Below, piece by piece: positions 45,307 to 53,152 of a stretch of 64,000 bases of DNA; positions within the stretch are counted from its first letter, which is position 1; each line of letters starts with the position of its first letter. The notes below the pieces were generated by a model. That model ran no database searches and was not told where the DNA came from. It saw only the letters and a list, made by a program, of their open reading frames with translations. The DNA lies in contig OY970195.1 in NCBI GenBank assembly GCA_963708185.1, positions 949,482 to 1,013,481 on the forward strand, given 5' to 3'. The translations under genes and the position numbers were made by a program. Source of the stretch: Candidatus Peregrinibacteria bacterium. GTDB lineage: Bacteria; Patescibacteriota; Gracilibacteria; UBA1369.

Positions 45307-45614
45307 CTTGTTTAATCCTTTTTGCGGCGGCGCATTACAGACGCAAGGCCGAGCGCCAAGAGGATGAAACTCAAATTGTTGCGGGTTGAACCAACGTGAT
45401 CGGAAACCGAGCATCCTCCGCCGTTATCCGTGTTACTTTGGACGGGGGGAAGGGTGTTGAATTTGCTTGGATCATCGGCAAGTTTGCCGGTGGCAAGTTC
45501 ACGGTACATCGTGGTTCCGGCAGGAATCTCGCCTTTTTCAGATGAACTCTGAGCCGTGAAATCTACGGGAGTACAGTTCGCCACTGAGTTATTCTCCGGT
45601 TTGCAGGTGTTGTC
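45098..45614. repeat. 517-bp direct repeat, copy 1 (3' end of B + spacer + 5' leader of C)
   Basis: Identical by eye to 46990..47506 at offset 1892. The boundaries were found at mismatches 45097/46989 and 45615/47507. Confidence 0.85.
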
Positions 45615-47198
45615 ATAGGCCCGCTGTGCGCCTTCAACGGTGGTATAGGCTACCACTGCAAAGTTTCCGCTGGCTTTGTCGGGATTGAGGTTGTCGGGAT
45701 AGGTGACCGATGTTTTCGTCCCTTCGTACCCTAGCCATAGACCGTGCTGGTTATCGATAATTTTATCCGATTCAGAGGTAGGTTCACTCCCTTCGTAGGC
45801 GACTCCTGTTGAAAACTGAACAAAGTTTGGTTCAGCGAAACCAAATGTTCCGCTTCCTTCGGTGACTTTGAAAACCTTATTGCCAATGGCAATGGTCGTT
45901 GGAGCGCTCACATGTGCACTGACCGTTGTTGCGTTGCAGCTATCAATATTGAAATTTTCAGGATGATCAGTCGCTTTGGCAAAACAGTCGACGGGTTTTC
46001 CGGCGTCCATGCCGCCCGTGCCGGCATCTGAGCCACCCATTCCTGCGTCACTGCCTCCCATGCCTGCATCGCTTCCGCCTGCTCCCGCATCTGTTCCACC
46101 TTGGCCTCCAGCGTCTGAACCGCCGATACCTCCATCTGCGCCGCCTGTTCCGCTATCGGTACCGCCATCAGGCATACCTGTTTTCATCGTTGCCCATTTG
46201 ATCGTGCCGTTGTCTCCATACCACAGGTCTCCGGAGCTATCTTTGAATAATGTTCCCTGGGTGTTCGCGTCATTCACTGTGGCGCTTCCTGAAATTGCAT
46301 TCAGGTTCGTCACTCCGCCTGAACAGTTTGTTCCGTTCCAGCCTCCGTTATAGACCATTAAATCCAGACTCCCCAATGTTCCTGTTCGGTCTGAACCTAC
46401 ATAAAAATCGTTCGTGTCTACGAAAATTCCATAGGTATCTTTCGTCAAATCGCTGCAGCTTGTTAATTCGCTCCATGTCCATGTTCCAATATCAGCTGTG
46501 CGAATTCGATAGTTCGAAGTTACAGCATTTGACGTTGCGTACATTTTTGTTCCACTGCTGTCGCATGCGATATTATTCACATTCGAAAAATCATCATTCA
46601 ATGCTCCAGGAACTGCAGCCAATCCACTCACAACTCCCCCTGACCATGTCCCTTCATAGAGCTTAAATGATAATCCGTCTTTTGCTGAAACAACGTATGC
46701 TTTCCCTCCGCACACTTTAAAATCTTCTTCATCTTGAACTGAATTGGCACCTGTTACTGGTGTCGGTGATGGGCTATTCCAATTTATTCCGTCCGTTGTT
46801 CCTACTTTCTTGATGTCATAATTCCCTCCGGAATCGTTCACCACATAGAGCGTGATGTTTGATCCTGCTCTCTCCACATAGGCTATATTCGTATTCCCTG
46901 AAAGTCCCAAACTTGGCGTCGCCGGGGAATTCCACCCGCTCGCTAACGCTTCACTCGTTTGTCCAAGACGTTCCCACCCTTGCCCCGGTTCGCAACCCTG
47001 GAGGGCTGGAGGCAATAATGCCCCAAACGTCACTCCTCCGGCCAACAATAAAGCATTGCGGATGGCTTTGCGTCCTGCAAACGGTTGTAAAATATTTTGA
47101 CGATCAGATTTTTGGGTACGGGATACTTCTTTGTTCTCCGGGCTCCCGCTGAGTCGGTCTTTTGCCATAAGGGGAAAGGTAAAAGAAGTGGTGTCCAT
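45312..47198 (-). CDS. Tandem surface lipoprotein paralog B
   Basis: The start is set at ATG 47198. It has the same leader as C, a diverged first half of the beta-rich domain, and C-terminus ..NGGGCSVSDHVGSTRNNLSFILLALGLASVMRRRKKD. Confidence 0.8.
   Translation of the reverse strand: MDTTSFTFPLMAKDRLSGSPENKEVSRTQKSDRQNILQPFAGRKAIRNALLLAGGVTFGALLPPALQGCEPGQGWERLGQTSEALASGWNSPATPSLGLSGNTNIAYVERAGSNITLYVVNDSGGNYDIKKVGTTDGINWNSPSPTPVTGANSVQDEEDFKVCGGKAYVVSAKDGLSFKLYEGTWSGGVVSGLAAVPGALNDDFSNVNNIACDSSGTKMYATSNAVTSNYRIRTADIGTWTWSELTSCSDLTKDTYGIFVDTNDFYVGSDRTGTLGSLDLMVYNGGWNGTNCSGGVTNLNAISGSATVNDANTQGTLFKDSSGDLWYGDNGTIKWATMKTGMPDGGTDSGTGGADGGIGGSDAGGQGGTDAGAGGSDAGMGGSDAGMGGSDAGTGGMDAGKPVDCFAKATDHPENFNIDSCNATTVSAHVSAPTTIAIGNKVFKVTEGSGTFGFAEPNFVQFSTGVAYEGSEPTSESDKIIDNQHGLWLGYEGTKTSVTYPDNLNPDKASGNFAVVAYTTVEGAQRAYDNTCKPENNSVANCTPVDFTAQSSSEKGEIPAGTTMYRELATGKLADDPSKFNTLPPVQSNTDNGGGCSVSDHVGSTRNNLSFILLALGLASVMRRRKKD
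46218..46484. repeat. 267-bp core identical in all three paralogs (= 44341..44607 = 48263..48529)
   Basis: Compared by eye. Identity ends sharply at 46484/44607, where B diverges from A and C. Confidence 0.8.
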
Positions 47199-47506
47199 CT
47201 TGTTTAATCCTTTTTGCGGCGGCGCATTACAGACGCAAGGCCGAGCGCCAAGAGGATGAAACTCAAATTGTTGCGGGTTGAACCAACGTGATCGGAAACC
47301 GAGCATCCTCCGCCGTTATCCGTGTTACTTTGGACGGGGGGAAGGGTGTTGAATTTGCTTGGATCATCGGCAAGTTTGCCGGTGGCAAGTTCACGGTACA
47401 TCGTGGTTCCGGCAGGAATCTCGCCTTTTTCAGATGAACTCTGAGCCGTGAAATCTACGGGAGTACAGTTCGCCACTGAGTTATTCTCCGGTTTGCAGGT
47501 GTTGTC
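46990..47506. repeat. 517-bp direct repeat, copy 2 (3' end of A + spacer + 5' leader of B)
   Basis: Partner of 45098..45614. Confidence 0.85.
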
Positions 47507-49216
47507 GTAAGCGCGTTGGGATCCTTCAACCGTGGTGTAGGCGACAACCGCAAAGTTGCCGCTGGCTTTGTCGGGATTGAGGGTGTCCGGATAGGTGACG
47601 GTTGTTTTGGTACCTTCAAAACCAAGTGTAATGCCATGTTCGTTACTGATAATTTTATCGGCTTCAGTTGGCGGTTCACTCGCTTGATAGGCAACGCCTG
47701 TTGAAAACTGCATCAGGTTTGGTTCAGCGAAACCAAATGTTCCGCTTCCTTCGGTGACGGTGAAAACCTTATTGCCAACAGCAATGGTTGTTGGAGCGGA
47801 AACATGGGCCGTCACGGTCATTGCATCGCAGCTGTCTACCTGGAAATTTTCAGGATGATCAGTCGCTTTGGCAAAACAGTCGACGGGTTTTCCGGCGTCC
47901 ATGCCGCCCGTGCCGGCATCTGAGCCACCCATTCCTGCGTCACTGCCTCCCATGCCTGCATCGCTTCCGCCTGCTCCCGCATCTGTTCCACCCATTCCGG
48001 CGTCACTGCCTCCCATACCTGCATCGCTTCCGCCTGCTCCCGCATCTGTTCCACCTTGGCCTCCAGCGTCTGATCCACCGAGACCTCCATCCATTCCTCC
48101 CTGTCCTCCTGCATCTGAGCCGCCGAGTCCTCCGTCAGAGCCACCTTGGCCGCCAGCGTCCGAACCGCCGATACCTCCATCTGCGCCGCCTGTTCCGCTA
48201 TCGGTACCGCCATCAGGCATACCTGTTTTCATCGTTGCCCATTTGATCGTGCCGTTGTCTCCATACCACAGGTCTCCGGAGCTATCTTTGAATAATGTTC
48301 CCTGGGTGTTCGCGTCATTCACTGTGGCGCTTCCTGAAATTGCATTCAGGTTCGTCACTCCGCCTGAACAGTTTGTTCCGTTCCAGCCTCCGTTATAGAC
48401 CATTAAATCCAGACTCCCCAATGTTCCTGTTCGGTCTGAACCTACATAAAAATCGTTCGTGTCTACGAAAATTCCATAGGTATCTTTCGTCAAATCGCTG
48501 CAGCTTGTTAATTCGCTCCATGTCCATGTCCCGATCACCGCTGTGTGGATTCTCTTATTGCTGCTTGAGATATCCGAACTTGCATAAATGTTCGTTCCTC
48601 CACTGTCGCATGCCACATTGTTCACGTTCGCTCCATCGTCATTTAATGTCCCGGGCACTGCTGCTAAACCGCTCACCACTCCACCTGACCATGTTCCTTC
48701 GTACAACTTACTGGAGAGACCATCTCTTTCAGATACTACATAGGCTTTCCCTCCACACACTTTGAAATCAAATTCATTAAAACCTGAATTTGCTCCAGAT
48801 ACCGGGGTCAACGTTGGGCTGTTCCATGTCGCCCCTCCGTCCGATGAACCTATTTTTTTTATGTCCCCACTTTCAACTATGTACAACGTGATATTTGGTC
48901 CAGATCTTTCTACATAGGCTATGTTTGCATTTACACCCAAACTCGGTACCGTCGGGGAATTCCACCCGCTCGCTAACGCTTCACTCGTTTGCCCAAGACG
49001 TTCCTGTCCGTTGCCACTTTCCGAACTACACCCTTGCAGCATGGCCAGTGTTCCCGTGGAACCGCTGAACAAGCCTAAACCTCCTGCTAAAAGTAAAGCA
49101 TTTCTTATTCTGCCGCTGGTCGCTGTTTTGCCTTTTTCCAGAGCTTTTTGGGCTCGTACTGAACTTGAAGAAACTTCTTTGTTTTCTGATCCACCTTGAG
49201 GTCGATTAATCGCCAT
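47204..49216 (-). CDS. Tandem surface lipoprotein paralog A (longest Gly/Asp repeat)
   Basis: 670 aa with its own leader (MAINRPQGG.. AMLQGC). The beta-rich domain is identical to C and the C-terminal end is identical to B. Confidence 0.8.
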   Translation of the reverse strand: MAINRPQGGSENKEVSSSSVRAQKALEKGKTATSGRIRNALLLAGGLGLFSGSTGTLAMLQGCSSESGNGQERLGQTSEALASGWNSPTVPSLGVNANIAYVERSGPNITLYIVESGDIKKIGSSDGGATWNSPTLTPVSGANSGFNEFDFKVCGGKAYVVSERDGLSSKLYEGTWSGGVVSGLAAVPGTLNDDGANVNNVACDSGGTNIYASSDISSSNKRIHTAVIGTWTWSELTSCSDLTKDTYGIFVDTNDFYVGSDRTGTLGSLDLMVYNGGWNGTNCSGGVTNLNAISGSATVNDANTQGTLFKDSSGDLWYGDNGTIKWATMKTGMPDGGTDSGTGGADGGIGGSDAGGQGGSDGGLGGSDAGGQGGMDGGLGGSDAGGQGGTDAGAGGSDAGMGGSDAGMGGTDAGAGGSDAGMGGSDAGMGGSDAGTGGMDAGKPVDCFAKATDHPENFQVDSCDAMTVTAHVSAPTTIAVGNKVFTVTEGSGTFGFAEPNLMQFSTGVAYQASEPPTEADKIISNEHGITLGFEGTKTTVTYPDTLNPDKASGNFAVVAYTTVEGSQRAYDNTCKPENNSVANCTPVDFTAQSSSEKGEIPAGTTMYRELATGKLADDPSKFNTLPPVQSNTDNGGGCSVSDHVGSTRNNLSFILLALGLASVMRRRKKD
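47896..48226. repeat. In-frame coding tandem repeat (21/24-nt units; GGSDAGM / GGSDAGGQ / GGSDGGL)
   Basis: This region of paralog A is 153 nt longer than the homologous region of B (about 46004..46178). The alignment offset changes from 1892 to 2045 across it. The C linker (about 44195..44290) is shorter again. Confidence 0.8.
48263..49015. repeat. 753-bp block in paralog A, partner of 44341..45093
   Basis: See the partner entry. The first 267 bp are also shared with B (46218..46484). Confidence 0.85.
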
Positions 49217-49242
49217 ACTTGATAAAATTAAAGAAGTATTGC

Positions 49243-49272
49243 ATTATATGCTTATACCTTTAATTTTGTCAA
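49243..49272 (-). promoter_or_regulatory. Consensus sigma70 promoter of the paralog A-B-C operon
   Basis: The minus strand reads TTGACA (49272-49267), an 18-nt spacer, then TATAAT (49248-49243), 27 nt upstream of the ATG at 49216. Confidence 0.65.
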
Positions 49273-49300
49273 GGTTTTCCGAGTGAAAAACTAATGACAG

Positions 49301-50527
49301 TTATTGCTGAATAACGTATTGGAGCAAGCCGGCTTCCTGGGGGTTTTTGACTTCAAGAACCTGCTTGAAAGTTCCGGAGTATCCTTCCGCGGTAATCGTT
49401 TGAGATGTATCAGTGGGTGCTGAAGGAAGCGTTGAATCCGTTATGATTTGGTATTCAAGATAAGGTATTTTGCCTGCGCCGTACTCATCGAGGCTGTGGA
49501 TAGCCGAAAGCTTAAATACCGGTTTTGTGATGCCCTGTGCGCTCCAATTTGGTGCAGGAGGACAGCCGAATGTTATGCTATCAACGTTCGTTAAAAATTT
49601 GATGATCGATCCTCTACAGTTTTGAAGATCTAATCCGAAACTAGATTGTGATACGACGCTAAAACCCGCCCCTTCAGCATTGTTAATCTTGCCCTCGTGG
49701 ATGACTGATGTGTTTAAATTCCAAGCTGGTGGAATTGCTACAGCGTTAAATGAAAAATACGGTCCCAATGCATAGTTCTTACTCCCATCCGATGATTCTC
49801 CCGTAATCTGCCAGGAAACGATGGGGTCGTCATGATTATATTTCGGATCACCATTTGACGTGTCTAAATTCGGACGAGGGCTGCAGATAATATTCCCGTC
49901 TGTACATCCCGTTCTTACTCTTAAGGTAAAAGTCTGGCTTTGAGAGTTGAAAATGTTATGTGGGCCAGTTGCATCGGTATAGTAGAGCGGGATTGCGACG
50001 CTTTCGCCGACTTTGAGCTTGTTCCAGTTGCAGGGGTTGTCTTTTGGATCGGCGTATTGCACGGAGGTTCCGCCCGGGTCGGAGGAGTACACCAGTTTTG
50101 TATCGGGGTCGTACCAAAAAGGATCTTTTGTATCCGGATTGAGCGCGTCGCAGTTGGCGCCTATGTCGCCTGTTCCAGGTGTGGGGATGCCGTAACTGCC
50201 GTCCAAATATTTGGTGCTGACCGGCACCTGTCCCGAAATGCTGTAGTTTGAGGTCGGCTGCTTGGTTGATACTGTGGTTGTGCCAACGGTGTAGCCCGCT
50301 CCCTGATTCTGATTGGCCAGAAGCCCTTCTTCGAGAGCTCCTTCCGCGGCATAATACGCCTGGTTGGCGCCGGTGACGTTGGCGGATTCACGGATCGAGG
50401 AGACCACGACCGTGGTCACGCCCAAAGAGACCAGCACGATGATGGTGGTGAGTCCGAGCGCTACCAGCAGCGATGTTCCCGGCTTGGTTGAACGCGCAAA
50501 TTTTCGGAGGAAATTTTTATAAGGCAT
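49301..50527 (-). CDS. PilX-N-like pseudopilin / type IV pilus-associated protein
   Basis: 408 aa. The N-terminus KPGTSLLVALGLTTIIVLVSLGVTTVVVSSIRESANVTGANQAYYAAEGALEEGLL matches the PilX_N pattern (hydrophobic helix, then ..A.YAAEAGLE..). The rest is beta-rich. Confidence 0.55.
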   Translation of the reverse strand: MPYKNFLRKFARSTKPGTSLLVALGLTTIIVLVSLGVTTVVVSSIRESANVTGANQAYYAAEGALEEGLLANQNQGAGYTVGTTTVSTKQPTSNYSISGQVPVSTKYLDGSYGIPTPGTGDIGANCDALNPDTKDPFWYDPDTKLVYSSDPGGTSVQYADPKDNPCNWNKLKVGESVAIPLYYTDATGPHNIFNSQSQTFTLRVRTGCTDGNIICSPRPNLDTSNGDPKYNHDDPIVSWQITGESSDGSKNYALGPYFSFNAVAIPPAWNLNTSVIHEGKINNAEGAGFSVVSQSSFGLDLQNCRGSIIKFLTNVDSITFGCPPAPNWSAQGITKPVFKLSAIHSLDEYGAGKIPYLEYQIITDSTLPSAPTDTSQTITAEGYSGTFKQVLEVKNPQEAGLLQYVIQQ

Positions 50528-50665
50528 ATGTTTTTGATTTGGGGTTTGATTTGAGGCCTGCAGCTTGAGCTTTCTTGTTCTTCAGGCTTTTTTATATTTT
50601 ACCATAATTATTTTTGGTTGTCTATACATTAGCTCAAAATAACTCCTTCCGCTTCCCTTATTGAA

Positions 50666-50726
50666 GAACCCCGGGGTCAACAAAACTGGCGCTTTTTTCA
50701 GGCGTCTTTTCTGTGACCCCGGGTTC
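50666..50726. repeat. Imperfect 13/14-bp inverted repeat with 34-nt spacer in the M23 / PilX-like intergenic region
   Basis: GAACCCCGGGGTCA (50666-50679) and TGACCCCGGGTTC (50714-50726). Confidence 0.6.
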
Positions 50727-50773
50727 AAGGTTAAGACCCGCTGGCTCCCGTCACTGACATTCCTTGCGGATGG

Positions 50774-53131
50774 TCACGGTGCCGGTCGAATACATACACG
50801 AAGACTGGGAACACGAAGCCGGCGAGAGGACCTCGCCCTCACCCCCGCTCCATTCACGGAACCGTAACCGCTGATGTAGGAAACCGAAAACGTCCTCCAC
50901 GGCGTACAGGTGTCACCGGAATTTCCGGTGTAGGTGTCGCCGAGTTGAGGGGTGTGGTTGTCGTCGGTAAGGATGGTTTTGTAGCTGTTGCTAAAACTTC
51001 CTCCCTGCTTGCAGACATTGTACTTCCAGGTGGAACCCGAAACCTGTTGTACAGCGATGCAAAGCGTTGGACCATTGGGGTTGGTGTAGCAAGCGGGGCT
51101 GCTGCTTGCCAAAAACACGTCCTGGCACTGTTGCTGGGGCGGGACGGAGCATGTACTCCAGCCGCTCCAAAAACAGCTGCTCTGACAGGTTCGGGTTTGG
51201 GTTCCGTTCGTGTTGCAGGACTGGTTCTGGGTCTGACCGGGGGGGCAAACGCCCTGATTGAGGCATGAGCTCCACTGGCCGTTCTGGTTACACGTAGCAG
51301 TCCCGCAGTTCCCGCAGACAGCGGTTTGGCCTGCGCTGCAGACGGGTGGCGATCCTCCGGTTCCTGAACCGCTCCCGTTGCCGGATGAACCGCCCGACCC
51401 CCCGCTACCACCGGAACCGCTGCTTCCCGGGGTCCCTCCGCTGCCTGAGCTTCCGCCCGATCCGCTGGTATCCAGATAGCAGGTCCCCGTTTGGATGTCG
51501 CAGAGCGTTCCCGGTCCGCAATATCCGCCGCAGGGGTCGTTGTTTCCACTTCCGGACGATCCCGCGCCGCCTCCGGTTCCGCCGCTGCTTGCGGTCCCAC
51601 CAGAACCAGTGGAGTTGCCGCTTCCTGCACTTCCGCCGGTTCCTTGATCTCCCCCTTCGTAACCGCCGCCTGCGGGGCAGACGTTGGTTTCGCTGGGGAT
51701 GCAAGCCGGGACTTCGTAGCACTGGCTCGTTGCGGGATCACAAAAGAAACCTTCGGGACAGGACAGGTAACTGCACGGACCCAAGGCTTCATCATCAATC
51801 TGCCGGGCTCCTTCACTGATCCATTTGGCGATCTCCTCCCGTTTGATGGGGTTGTTGGGGTAAAAATCCGACTGCACTTGGACGAGCCCTTTTTGCGCAC
51901 CATAGTACACAAAGGGAGCATACCAGTCGCCGGGGTTCACGTCCTGGAACTGGCCCAGGAGTTGCGTTGCTGCGGCCTTCTGAGCCTTCCAGATGAAGTT
52001 ATCGTAGAGTTCGAGAAACTCCGCGGAATGGAAGCTGAGGATGACCATTTTGAGGGCCTGGGCTCGGGTAACCGGATCGTCGGGATGGAAGTAACGGAGC
52101 CCTCCAATCACACTCGCATCCCTGTTGATGACCGGATACCTGGAAGGGTAAACGGCGAGGGCTTCGATATACGGCTCATCGGAATCGGCTGCCGGAACAT
52201 CCGTGAACGTGGGGAGAGCGGGCACTGCGTCATACTGCCGAGCTGCAATCTTCAGCCACCGGGCCGCTTCCCTGCGCGTGACGTTTTGACCTGCGCCGTA
52301 GCGCCCGTCAAACAGTCCAAACTCGATACCGCGGTGGCGGACGTCGAGCACGTAGGGCAGTGACCAGGCATAATCCGGCAAATTCCCGCCAAACTGGTAG
52401 TCGCTGAACGTGTCTTCGAGAACACCTTCCGGATCGAGATTCTTGGCGATCTTGCTGTCATCGCCGAAGGTGTAGCCATATCCAAGAACGGCAAGGACGC
52501 CGCTTTGCATGGCCTTCTTCAGCTCCTTGAGGTTCTTCCAGCGGCGAATACCGAAATGAAGATGGGTACCCGTCACATTGCCGGTGTTTCCTTCCTTTCC
52601 GATGACGTCACCGGTATTCACGGTCTCACAGGCGTTGAACTTCCGACTGGTTTTGTTCGTCGACGTGTCGTAGTGCATGTGGTGATAGTGGTAGGTGATG
52701 ATTTCGTCGGAAAAGGCGTTGGCGCGGGTGGCAATGACGATGGTTTCACCCCACTTGTGAGAGTCGTCCTGGCCCAATGACATGACGACAAATCCATCCT
52801 GAACCGACGTAATGTCATTGATGCCCGGGGTGTGACTGGAATTGACCAGATCCAATCCATCATGGCCGTAGAGCCATTTCCCGTTGGACGAGTAGCCCTC
52901 GTCATAGGAGGTATCGTACCCCTGACTGACCTCATGCGGAGAGAAGGGCTGTTGCATGTTTTCCACCAGCCTCTCCACGACAGGGATGTCGGTAAGATTT
53001 ATAGTGGTGCACATACCGCTCGTGATGAACTTTTCCATTCCTCCGTCACCCGCGTTCGCCGTAGAGGCGAACGCGGCCAAGGACATGGTCGCCAAAACAA
53101 GCAGCAACTTGAAAAGTCGATGCGCTTTCAT
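50774..53131 (-). CDS. Secreted M23 (LytM-type) peptidase with three SLH-like domains, Gly/Ser linkers and Cys-rich C-terminal modules
   Basis: Signal peptide ..AAFASTANA, with SD AAGGAG 7 nt upstream. M23 motifs HDGLDL and GNTGNVTGTHLHFGIRR. SLH-like repeats are FTDVPAADSDEPYIEAL.., FQDVNPGDWYAPFVYYGA..IKREEIAKWI. The C-terminal part is Cys-rich and includes CFWSGWSTCS. Confidence 0.8.
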   Translation of the reverse strand: MKAHRLFKLLLVLATMSLAAFASTANAGDGGMEKFITSGMCTTINLTDIPVVERLVENMQQPFSPHEVSQGYDTSYDEGYSSNGKWLYGHDGLDLVNSSHTPGINDITSVQDGFVVMSLGQDDSHKWGETIVIATRANAFSDEIITYHYHHMHYDTSTNKTSRKFNACETVNTGDVIGKEGNTGNVTGTHLHFGIRRWKNLKELKKAMQSGVLAVLGYGYTFGDDSKIAKNLDPEGVLEDTFSDYQFGGNLPDYAWSLPYVLDVRHRGIEFGLFDGRYGAGQNVTRREAARWLKIAARQYDAVPALPTFTDVPAADSDEPYIEALAVYPSRYPVINRDASVIGGLRYFHPDDPVTRAQALKMVILSFHSAEFLELYDNFIWKAQKAAATQLLGQFQDVNPGDWYAPFVYYGAQKGLVQVQSDFYPNNPIKREEIAKWISEGARQIDDEALGPCSYLSCPEGFFCDPATSQCYEVPACIPSETNVCPAGGGYEGGDQGTGGSAGSGNSTGSGGTASSGGTGGGAGSSGSGNNDPCGGYCGPGTLCDIQTGTCYLDTSGSGGSSGSGGTPGSSGSGGSGGSGGSSGNGSGSGTGGSPPVCSAGQTAVCGNCGTATCNQNGQWSSCLNQGVCPPGQTQNQSCNTNGTQTRTCQSSCFWSGWSTCSVPPQQQCQDVFLASSSPACYTNPNGPTLCIAVQQVSGSTWKYNVCKQGGSFSNSYKTILTDDNHTPQLGDTYTGNSGDTCTPWRTFSVSYISGYGSVNGAGVRARSSRRLRVPSLRVCIRPAP

Positions 53132-53152
53132 CTTGAACTCCTTTCACCAGTA

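Noticed and set aside
45307-45414. N-terminal extension MLGFRSRWFNPQQFEFHPLGARPCVCNAPPQKGLNK on paralogs C and B (also at 47199..47306), giving ~100-nt gene overlaps.
   Set aside because: It is an out-of-frame reading of the upstream gene's conserved C-terminal tail. An ATG (MDTTSF..) 5 nt after the upstream stop gives a normal leader.
47896-48226. Periodic 21/24-nt repeats considered as a CRISPR-like array.
   Set aside because: There are no unique spacers, the units are contiguous and in-frame within a long ORF (Gly/Asp-rich linker), and no cas genes are present anywhere in the window.
43531-49216. Diversity-generating retroelement (DGR) as the source of paralog variation.
   Set aside because: There is no reverse transcriptase or template repeat in the window. 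The differences are block-wise (identity blocks against diverged blocks) rather than adenine-specific substitutions in a short variable region.
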